IMG/VR virus record: IMGVR_UViG_3300005805_009915
Location: 1-27,693 of that record
Source of the DNA: a virus
Taxonomy: Duplodnaviria > Caudoviricetes
DNA length: 27,693 bases
Reading direction: 5' to 3' (one strand)
Below, piece by piece: positions 19,716 to 27,106 of the stretch (the stretch's first letter is position 1; every line of letters begins with the position of its first letter). The notes below the pieces were generated by a model. It was not told the origin of the DNA. It did no database searches and saw nothing but the letters and a program-made list of their open reading frames with translations. A program made the position numbers and the translations under genes.

Positions 19716-20729
19716 TTAGAAACCCTCGTATATTCTTTGCTTGTGTAGGATTTCCACTTCTCTAAAGCCTAAACTCAATCTGACTGCGATAGGATGACCG
19801 TTTACAAATGTAGAGTAAGCTTGTTCGGGAGAATAATCAACATCTATTCTGTCCATAACGCAAGTATTGATTCTAGGCAAATTCTTGTTTTCTTTACCCG
19901 CTTGAAAAAATGTGATGTCAAACTCGGCTGGAGGTACAAAGAAAAATCCACCGCCTGTAATTTCAGGCGCTGCATAATATCTTAGTGTTCTAATTATTTG
20001 TCTGACAGTTTCAACTTCGGTTTCTGAACGAGGAAGCATGAATACCTCAAACATCCACTGACGTTGAGGTCTTGCAGCAAATAGGACTTCTACAGCCGGA
20101 TTAACTGGATAACCAGAAATCTGAGACGCTCGTTTCGCCGCGCTTACGGCAGTATTAAATCCAGATTGTAGACTTCCTCCTACTCCAGGAATAGCACCCA
20201 ATCCCGTAGCTATCGTACCGGTAATTACAGCCGTCATGGAAACTTCTTCGTATTTGTTTTCTTCGGTATATACTAGACCACCATTAGGCATATGAAGAGC
20301 GATAGACTCTTTTATTCGTGTTGTTCTTCTTGAAGGTGCGAGAAAATTTTGAGCACTATCAAATCCTGGTATATCACCAAATGTTGTGCCGGGTGGTAAT
20401 AAAGTGCTGATGCCGGCTGGACCAGCAGTAAAAATATTAGGTATTTCGATATCTCCGCCTATATTCAACTGACCATTTCCACCTTGTCTAAGTCGATCAA
20501 CTTTAGACAATTCGCCGCCCAATATTGTACCGGTAGGTAAGTTGCCTTTTTGCGTGGTTGAACCTGAGGATTCGGTCGGAACGTTTATGTTTATGACCAT
20601 ATAATGGGCCATGTCTTCTTGGCCCAAATCTTCAGGAAATATGCGGGATTTAAAATCGTATGCGCTTTGACGCCCAATAAAGGAGGTACTGTTAACATCT
20701 CCTATACCTGTGTCTGATGGATCTGGCAT
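19716..20729 (-). CDS. gp48: Baseplate tail-tube cap gp48 (337 aa)
   Basis: IALHMP, NPAVEVLF...RQWMFEVFMLPRSETE, PAEFDITF, CVMDRIDVDYSP, LSLGFREVEIL. Confidence 0.88.
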   Translation of the reverse strand: MPDPSDTGIGDVNSTSFIGRQSAYDFKSRIFPEDLGQEDMAHYMVININVPTESSGSTTQKGNLPTGTILGGELSKVDRLRQGGNGQLNIGGDIEIPNIFTAGPAGISTLLPPGTTFGDIPGFDSAQNFLAPSRRTTRIKESIALHMPNGGLVYTEENKYEEVSMTAVITGTIATGLGAIPGVGGSLQSGFNTAVSAAKRASQISGYPVNPAVEVLFAARPQRQWMFEVFMLPRSETEVETVRQIIRTLRYYAAPEITGGGFFFVPPAEFDITFFQAGKENKNLPRINTCVMDRIDVDYSPEQAYSTFVNGHPIAVRLSLGFREVEILHKQRIYEGF

Positions 20730-20754
20730 TTTCTTTCCTTGTAATTATTCTATA

Positions 20755-20762
20755 TATTTATA
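20755..20762 (-). promoter_or_regulatory. T4 late promoter TATAAATA driving gp48 and the baseplate operon
   Basis: Perfect consensus 25 nt upstream of the gp48 ATG, with SD-like AAGGAAAG between them. Confidence 0.8.
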
Positions 20763-21199
20763 TGGCATACAAAGGTAAATTTTCACCAAAAAACCCTAAG
20801 AAGTATAGAGGAAACCCAACGAACATTGTTTATCGTTCGTTATGGGAACTCAGAGTTATGAAGTATTTAGATGATAATCCCGCAATATTAGAGTGGGGAT
20901 CAGAGGAATTGGCTATACCCTATGTGTGTCCAACAGACAATCGTATGCACAGATATTTTCCTGATTTCGTAGTAAAAGTAGCAACAAAAGATGGTGTTGT
21001 CCAGACCATGATTTTGGAGGTCAAGCCTAAGAAAGAAACAAGAGAGCCGATTAAGAAGAAGAAAGTTACCAAGCAATATATCACTGAGGTCATGACATGG
21101 GGCAAAAATCAGGCCAAGTGGAAAGCGGCTCAAGAATATTGTCTGGATCGTGGTTGGACATTCAAACTCTTAACGGAAGACCATCTGGGGATTAAATAA
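20762..21199 (+). CDS. gp4: Head completion nuclease gp4, TnsA-like PD-(D/E)xK (145 aa)
   Basis: MAYKGKFSPKNPKKYRG...YRSLWE...WGSEE...HRYFPDF...EVKP...NQAKWKAA...TEDHL; start at 20762 rather than 20717. Confidence 0.93.
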   Translation: MAYKGKFSPKNPKKYRGNPTNIVYRSLWELRVMKYLDDNPAILEWGSEELAIPYVCPTDNRMHRYFPDFVVKVATKDGVVQTMILEVKPKKETREPIKKKKVTKQYITEVMTWGKNQAKWKAAQEYCLDRGWTFKLLTEDHLGIK

Positions 21200-21202
21200 A
21201 TA
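21195..21202 (+). promoter_or_regulatory. Late promoter-like box AATAAATA, 5 nt upstream of the gp2 ATG
   Basis: AATAAATAtctctATG. Confidence 0.65.
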
Positions 21203-21207
21203 TCTCT

Positions 21208-21711
21208 ATGGCTACAAAATATACATCAAAAGAACTATTCGACTGGATGACAGAAAAAGCAAGAAGCGCCGCTTCTATGCGTAATAGACTTATGCAGATG
21301 GAAAATCAGCAAAGAGGCGCACCAGTTGTAGGCAAAATGTTCTTTTTCAAGTATGATCCTAAGACTAAAGACAAACTGCCGATATATGACGTTTATCCTC
21401 TGGTATTTCCACTAGAACAATACAGCGGCGGATTCTTAGGATTAAATATTCACTACTTGGACGTAAATGCACGTACTGGTCTGTTAGGTCGTCTTCAGGA
21501 TTATGCAACATCTAAAAAATATACACCAAAGACCAAATTGCAAATATCATATGATCTTCTTAGTTCGTCAAAAAGCGTGAGTTCTATTATGGCACCAGCC
21601 GTAAAAAGATATCTGTTTGGTCATGTTCGCTCAAGATTTATAGAAATACCAGCAACAGAATGGGATAAGGCAGCACAACTATCCCTAGAACTATTCATTA
21701 GAAAGAAGTAA
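21208..21711 (+). CDS. gp2: DNA end protector protein gp2 (167 aa)
   Basis: GKMFFFKYDPKTKDKLPIYDVYPLVF...GFLGLNIHYL...VKRYLFGHVRSRF. Confidence 0.92.
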   Translation: MATKYTSKELFDWMTEKARSAASMRNRLMQMENQQRGAPVVGKMFFFKYDPKTKDKLPIYDVYPLVFPLEQYSGGFLGLNIHYLDVNARTGLLGRLQDYATSKKYTPKTKLQISYDLLSSSKSVSSIMAPAVKRYLFGHVRSRFIEIPATEWDKAAQLSLELFIRKK

Positions 21712-21712
21712 G

Positions 21713-22432
21713 ATGTCAGATATTCCATTTACAAACCCATTAAAAAAATTGAGTATGAATGATGCTTTGGGCGCCATAAACAAATACGGCGGACTAGCCA
21801 AGTCCTGTCGTTTTGCTGTGAGAATTAATCCACCAAAATTTGTGACATCCGGTTCTACTGATAATAAAATAAAAAATGCTAATATAACAAATGAGCTGGT
21901 ATATTTGTGTGAAGCGGCTGAGATGCCAGGTCGCGGATTTGTCAATGCTGATGTTCGTTATTATGGACCAAATCAGAAATTGCCAGTTCTAACTCAGTAT
22001 GAAGACACGACCATGACCTTTTTGTGCCGCAGCGAATCATACGAAAGACAATTCTTTGATGATTGGATGGAATATATCAATCCGACCAACAGTTTTAATT
22101 TCAATTACAGAAAAGATTATGAGACAACCATTGAAATAATGAAATTCACGGAGTATGCAAAGTCGTTTGATAAAGGTCCAAATGCTGGTCTAGCCAATCA
22201 GCCTGTAGAGCCAGTCGAGGCATATCGCATTACTTTGTTTAATGCTTATCCTCTATTGGTCAATCCACAGCCAATGACATGGGCGGACGATCAATTAGAA
22301 CGTTTGGCCATAACATTCACATACATGAAGTGGAAGAGAGTGGGTCGAGATGTGGAACCGAAGAGTGCATCTGCTCTTGTTGAAGGCGCTTCAATGGAAA
22401 ATAATCGTTTGACTCCAATTAATTATAGATGA
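21713..22432 (+). CDS. Tail tube initiator gp54 / gp19-like tube protein (239 aa)
   Basis: GGLAKSCRFAV, LCEAAEMPG, MTFLC...ERQFFDDW, LFNAYP...MTW...ITFTYMKW tube-fold pattern; adjacent to gp26. Confidence 0.8.
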   Translation: MSDIPFTNPLKKLSMNDALGAINKYGGLAKSCRFAVRINPPKFVTSGSTDNKIKNANITNELVYLCEAAEMPGRGFVNADVRYYGPNQKLPVLTQYEDTTMTFLCRSESYERQFFDDWMEYINPTNSFNFNYRKDYETTIEIMKFTEYAKSFDKGPNAGLANQPVEPVEAYRITLFNAYPLLVNPQPMTWADDQLERLAITFTYMKWKRVGRDVEPKSASALVEGASMENNRLTPINYR

Positions 22433-22448
22433 TAGATAAGGAAATATT

Positions 22449-23174
22449 ATGCTGCCTAAAATTGATTTACCGACATATGAGTTGAAATTACCATCAAATG
22501 GTAAAGAAATTCGGTTTCGTCCGTTTCTTGTAAAAGAAGAAAAGCTGCTTTTGATGGCGGCCAAGAGTGGCGATGCCAACGAAATCATAAAGACTACGAA
22601 ACAAGTTATTAATAATTGCTTGTTGGACAACGATGTGAATATTGATTCACTACCATTCTTTGATGTAGATTGCCTGTTTATTGCTCTTAGAGCCAAATCT
22701 ATAGGCGAAAACATCGAGGTTAATTACATTTGTCAGAATACACTAGAAGATAATACTCCGTGTCGTGGCAAATTTCCAGTCAAGATTGATATTTCAAACG
22801 TCGAGATAGAGAAGAACGAAAACATCAAGTCAGAAATAAAGTTTAACGACAATTTGATTTTCCACATGAAATATCCCAATTATTCTGTCATAAAATTGCT
22901 AAACGATAGTACAGATAGCCTAGACAAGAAAATCAAACTTATTGTCTCGTCCATAGATAGAATTTACACAAACGAACAGTATTATTCTAACAAAGACTTT
23001 TCTACGGAAGAACTACAAAACTTTATTGAGAACTTAACGCAGGAACAATTTGATAAGTTGGCCGAATTTATATCTAATTTTCCATCTTTCTTTGTTAACT
23101 GTAAGGGTAAATGTACAAAGTGTGGCAAAGATCATAATGTGAGGTACAAAGATTTCGTGCGTTTTTTTCAGTAA
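22449..23174 (+). CDS. gp26: Baseplate hub assembly subunit gp26 (241 aa)
   Basis: LPKIDLPTYELKLPS...FRPFLVKEEKLLLMA, FDV...LRAKSIGE, MKYP, C-terminal CTKCG and FF. Confidence 0.92.
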   Translation: MLPKIDLPTYELKLPSNGKEIRFRPFLVKEEKLLLMAAKSGDANEIIKTTKQVINNCLLDNDVNIDSLPFFDVDCLFIALRAKSIGENIEVNYICQNTLEDNTPCRGKFPVKIDISNVEIEKNENIKSEIKFNDNLIFHMKYPNYSVIKLLNDSTDSLDKKIKLIVSSIDRIYTNEQYYSNKDFSTEELQNFIENLTQEQFDKLAEFISNFPSFFVNCKGKCTKCGKDHNVRYKDFVRFFQ

Positions 23175-23374
23175 TGTTCAGCCATAATAGTGTTGTGAGT
23201 TTTTATAAGACTAATTTTGCCATGATGCAACATCACAAATACTCTTTGGCTGAAATTGAAAATATGATACCTTGGGAAAGATATGTGTTTATTGATTTGT
23301 TATCCGAATTCTTAAAGAAACAGGAACAAGATAGACGCGATGCAGAAGCGGCTATGAAGGCAAGAAGAAAGTAA
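23174..23374 (+). CDS. gp51: Baseplate hub assembly catalyst gp51 (66 aa)
   Basis: YKTNFAMMQHHKYSLAEIENMIPWER; TAATG coupling with gp26. Confidence 0.9.
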   Translation: MFSHNSVVSFYKTNFAMMQHHKYSLAEIENMIPWERYVFIDLLSEFLKKQEQDRRDAEAAMKARRK

Positions 23375-23375
23375 A

Positions 23376-26054
23376 ATGGCAGTAAATCCAATAACTAGCG
23401 AAGACTTAACAATTGATCTATCATCACTATTAAGTCTATCCGTTTCGGAAAGAGTTCAGGCGGCGCAAGATCCTAGCGTAGCTGAATCCTTAATGTCTAT
23501 GTTGACTCCTATTCAGTTGGCTAGAGCGTTTCCTGATTATTATCGCAGAGAATTGCCTGACATTTCCAATTTCATTTTGGCCAATCGTTATTTGGATTCT
23601 GGCGGTCGATTTGATCAGTATGGCGGTGGCGATTATGGTGATCAAAAAGCTGGTTATGGTGGTGAAGCAGTGCCCGATCAAACAAGACCTAGATTGCCTG
23701 GACAACAAAGCGAAGTACAAAAATCAAAAGTACAACAAATCCTAGAGAAAGCAAGAGTGTTTGGCACCGCAACAGGTAAAACTGGTGTAACATCTGCAAT
23801 TAAAGATCAAAAAGGTCGTATTATCAGTACAGCAGATACTTCTTTGTCTCCTGCACAAAGAGCTTTGCTGGATACAATTGCTGTTGGCGATCCTACTAAA
23901 AGTCAACACTATTGGGAAAGTCCAAGCTATAATGCAAAAGTTTTCGGAGGAGAATTTGAAAGCTTTGCCGATCACCCAAGACAACAAAGAATTAAAGGCT
24001 CTAATGCTGCTGGTCGATATCAGTTTCTAGAAAGTACATGGGATGATGTTGTTAAAAGATATAATCAGAAAAATCCTGATAATCCTATTACAGATTTTAG
24101 TCCTGTAAATCAAGATCGCGCCGCTCTTTTCTTAGCAGAGGAAAGATATAGAAATAATACAGGCCGCGACTTGAATGCTGACTTGGCTAATCCACCTGAA
24201 AACATGGGTGAACTTATTAAGGTGGGTCTAGGACGAGGTCCGCATAACTTAACATGGGAAATATTTGTTAAGAAAACAGCCCAAGAAGCTGGCGATGCAT
24301 TCAGTGCTAATCTTGCTAGAAATCAAGGTTATCTCGAACAAGAGATTGAAGCAGAGGCTAAGAAAAAAGAGGGCATAGAAGATCAAATTACAGCTACTCC
24401 AGAATTAATGGAAAGCTTTAAGAACGATGAGATTGTCCAGAAATTTTTTGTTGATAATCCTCAAATGGCAAATGAAGTTCAGAAGTCAATAAATTCTGGC
24501 ATATTAACAGTAGATGATGTGAAAACTATTGTTCAAGGGAAGAAAACCGATTCCGCAATAATAGCCGCTCTAGACAATAAAATTGATGTGAACACTCTAG
24601 AAGAGGGTGATCCTAGAAGATACTATAGAAACAATGCTGCTGTTGATGGCGATGATGAGATTTGGAAGTACCTTCATCCTGATCTGGTTAGAGATAAGGA
24701 CAGAATTTTAGCATCAGGTAAAATTAGAACTGGTGCATTGTTATCTGCTGATGCTGTCTTTAGACACGCCGCCTCTCAAGGCGTACCAATGCGCGTTGCT
24801 ATTGAAGGTGGCGCTGATTCACACAGTGCTAATCACTTATCTGGCGGTGTTGGCGAATCTCTTGATATTAAGCCAGGAAGAAGAGACGCTAATGGTCGTG
24901 ATATAGATGGCGGTAATACATGGGAAGCATATAATGTAAATCCTGCTGAATATTCAGCTATAGGCGCAGCAGCTATTCAAAGTATTGGCGGCACCGCTAG
25001 AATTGGTGTATCGTTCAATGAATCAGGAACACACGTACAGGATACTGGCGGTGAAGGCCTAGGAATACACAAACAATATGGCGGCATGGCATGGGCATAC
25101 GGCCAAGATAGAGTTGGAGCAGAAGGTGGTGATTTCAGAAATAAAGTTCAGTCTGGCGCATTTGGTAAAGAGTTGGGTGGTTATGTAAACTCTCTTTATC
25201 CTGAATCCAAGAAAGAAGATGCTGCTACTGCCACTGCGACACCTGCACCTCCTGGTTCAGGAAAAACTATGCTCATATCTGCTGGTACAAACGATTGGGG
25301 CAACGAAGATCCAGAAATAACATATAACAATCTTAAAGAATTGGCCGCCCAGGCCAGGGCAAAAGGATATACTCCAGTCTTTATTGCACCAGTAGGAACA
25401 GGTAAGTTTAAGACAGTAAATGAGACTGCTAATAGAGTTGCTGCTGAATTGGGCGTGAAGATCGAACAGCCTCAAGAATATGATGAAGACGGTTATCATC
25501 CAACTCAAAAAGAAGCAAAGAGAATAGCAGGATTATATCCTGGTTCTGTTGCTGTTGGTGATAGCATAGCAAATAGAATCGGTCCTTACATTAAAGATGG
25601 AAAAACTTATGCGACTGACAGCATACAAAGCGGTGTTGTATTGAATACGTTGAATACACAAGTTGAAGAAGTTAAATCATATCAGTTTGGCGGTACACCA
25701 ACACTTCAAGATGATGAAGACTTGACTGCTGTAGACGCTGAAGGTAAGCCTAAGTTCAAGTTTAACTCTGGTGAAGGACTATATGTAAAGCCAGAAGCAA
25801 ATGAATATGCTGATGATAAAATCGATGAATTGTCGAATCGTGTAGATAAAATGGCTGAAAATAAGTCAGAAAAGCCAGAGCCAAAGCAAAGAGACATGCC
25901 AATCCCCAATCAACAAAAGTCTGATCCTAAATGGGCAGAGAAAGTTGCTTCTGCATATAGACCTTCAGGAACACAGCAAAGAGCCTTTAACAGAGCGCAA
26001 TTCAGATCAGAAGGCAGACACGTTGGCGATAGAGGTTCACCAAACATAGCATAA
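23376..26054 (+). CDS. Multidomain tape-measure/hub-position protein with lambda-type lytic transglycosylase, M15-like peptidase and permuted SGNH hydrolase domains (892 aa)
   Basis: ALLDTIA...FADHP...AAGRYQFLESTW...FSPVNQDRAA; LHPDLV...HSANH...SLDI...THVQ; GTND...DGYHP...GDSI; C-terminal YQFGG...GEGLYVKP resembling tape-measure tails; follows gp26-gp51. Confidence 0.7.
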   Translation: MAVNPITSEDLTIDLSSLLSLSVSERVQAAQDPSVAESLMSMLTPIQLARAFPDYYRRELPDISNFILANRYLDSGGRFDQYGGGDYGDQKAGYGGEAVPDQTRPRLPGQQSEVQKSKVQQILEKARVFGTATGKTGVTSAIKDQKGRIISTADTSLSPAQRALLDTIAVGDPTKSQHYWESPSYNAKVFGGEFESFADHPRQQRIKGSNAAGRYQFLESTWDDVVKRYNQKNPDNPITDFSPVNQDRAALFLAEERYRNNTGRDLNADLANPPENMGELIKVGLGRGPHNLTWEIFVKKTAQEAGDAFSANLARNQGYLEQEIEAEAKKKEGIEDQITATPELMESFKNDEIVQKFFVDNPQMANEVQKSINSGILTVDDVKTIVQGKKTDSAIIAALDNKIDVNTLEEGDPRRYYRNNAAVDGDDEIWKYLHPDLVRDKDRILASGKIRTGALLSADAVFRHAASQGVPMRVAIEGGADSHSANHLSGGVGESLDIKPGRRDANGRDIDGGNTWEAYNVNPAEYSAIGAAAIQSIGGTARIGVSFNESGTHVQDTGGEGLGIHKQYGGMAWAYGQDRVGAEGGDFRNKVQSGAFGKELGGYVNSLYPESKKEDAATATATPAPPGSGKTMLISAGTNDWGNEDPEITYNNLKELAAQARAKGYTPVFIAPVGTGKFKTVNETANRVAAELGVKIEQPQEYDEDGYHPTQKEAKRIAGLYPGSVAVGDSIANRIGPYIKDGKTYATDSIQSGVVLNTLNTQVEEVKSYQFGGTPTLQDDEDLTAVDAEGKPKFKFNSGEGLYVKPEANEYADDKIDELSNRVDKMAENKSEKPEPKQRDMPIPNQQKSDPKWAEKVASAYRPSGTQQRAFNRAQFRSEGRHVGDRGSPNIA

Positions 26055-26094
26055 AAGAGAGGAGCAAGTAAAGGAGAGAAACCTTGCCCCTCTC
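26052..26094 (-). terminator. Intrinsic terminator after gp32, between convergent genes
   Basis: Minus strand GAGAGGGGCAAG - 14-nt loop - CTTGCTCCTCTC (12-bp stem, one G-U pair) followed by TTTTA. Confidence 0.75.
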
Positions 26095-26104
26095 ACGCTG
26101 CAAA

Positions 26105-27034
26105 CTACTCGTTAGCCAGAGTCTTGAAGTAGTTCAAGTCCTCGTCTTCTTCGTCCTTCCAAGGTGCAGTATCTTCAACAGACTTGCGCGGCTTGGACGC
26201 TTCAAATGAAGGCTCAGACTTGGCCGCTGACCTAGTAAGACCAGTCACAGATGCAGACTGAGCCTGCTCAGTAATACCAAGCACCTCGTTCAGCTTCCGC
26301 TTCAAGTCATCATAAGACTTGAAGTTCTTGGTATCCAAAAACTCCTTGAGAGAGTATTCAGACTTCCACAGCTTCTCCAACTTAGCATCGTCGCCATCAA
26401 GAAGCGGCGATGGTGAATCAAAGCCAGAGAGATCGTAGTTGCGATAGCCCTCGACCTGACGGATCTTGATCTTGAAGTTGGCACCGTTCCAGAAATCGAA
26501 CGGGTTCAGCGGCTTCTCGTCCTCATACTGAGGATTCATAGCAAGAGTGATCTTGTCGAAAATCTTCTTGCCGAACTTGTACAAGAAAACCTTACCCTCA
26601 TTCTCAGGGTTCTTCGGATCAGTAACCACCATGATGTTAGAGATGTAAGTAAGACGGCGCTTCTGTGCGCGGGCCTGCTTACGCTGCGGCGAGTTATCAT
26701 CGCTGGTAGAGTTCCAGAGTTCGCTGTTATACTCAGACACAGGATCCTTCTGCCCGATAGTCGTAAGCGAGTTTTCGATATACCACTTACCGCCAGGACC
26801 CTGGAAGCCGTGATTGAAGATGCGTACCCAAGGGAGTGCATCATCGCCGTCTACAGCAGAAGCGGGAAGGAAGCGAATGACTGCATAGCCATTGCCTGCC
26901 TTGTCTACCTCTGGCTGCCAGAAGCGAGTATCTTCCTTGCTGCCACCTTCCGATGGTGCATTGATCTTCTCGATTTCCTTGGTAAGACGGCCGATATCAG
27001 CCGAAGACTTCTTGAGGGATGCGAAATTTGACAT
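26105..27034 (-). CDS. gp32: Single-stranded DNA-binding protein gp32 (309 aa)
   Basis: DTRFWQPEVDKAGNGYAVIRFLP, NHGFQGPGGKWYIENSLTT, EGKVFLYKFGKKIFDKI, PFDFWNGANFKIKI, acidic tail; SD GGAGAA at 27041-27046 supports the 27034 start. Confidence 0.97.
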   Translation of the reverse strand: MSNFASLKKSSADIGRLTKEIEKINAPSEGGSKEDTRFWQPEVDKAGNGYAVIRFLPASAVDGDDALPWVRIFNHGFQGPGGKWYIENSLTTIGQKDPVSEYNSELWNSTSDDNSPQRKQARAQKRRLTYISNIMVVTDPKNPENEGKVFLYKFGKKIFDKITLAMNPQYEDEKPLNPFDFWNGANFKIKIRQVEGYRNYDLSGFDSPSPLLDGDDAKLEKLWKSEYSLKEFLDTKNFKSYDDLKRKLNEVLGITEQAQSASVTGLTRSAAKSEPSFEASKPRKSVEDTAPWKDEEDEDLNYFKTLANE

Positions 27035-27035
27035 T

Positions 27036-27079
27036 GTATGTTCTCCGTATTGCGTTGTATTGCGTTGTATGTTTTGTAT
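27036..27079 (-). promoter_or_regulatory. Repetitive unstructured gp32 leader, putative autogenous translational operator
   Basis: ATACAAAAC ATACAACGCA ATACAACGCA ATACGGAGAAC ATACA ATG: five ATAC units spaced 9-11 nt. Confidence 0.6.
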
Positions 27080-27106
27080 AATAACAGGACAATCTCGTCC
27101 TGTCAA
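27078..27106 (-). promoter_or_regulatory. Sigma70-like promoter TTGACA-N17-TATTAT upstream of gp32
   Basis: Perfect -35 at 27106-27101, 17-nt spacer, 5/6 -10 at 27083-27078. Confidence 0.75.

Noticed and set aside
20762-21199. TnsA-like nuclease as a transposon or homing element
   Set aside because: It is the core head-completion gene gp4 in its usual context beside gp2; no terminal repeats
3012-24601. Frequent TCTAGA sites (at least 17 counted by eye)
   Set aside because: The excess is modest and explicable by preferred TCT-AGA and CTA-GAx codon pairs; it needs a codon-aware test
27035-27106. 24-aa N-terminal extension of gp32 from the ORF track (TTG start)
   Set aside because: The region is the promoter and leader; the SD and typical gp32 N-terminus support the ATG at 27034
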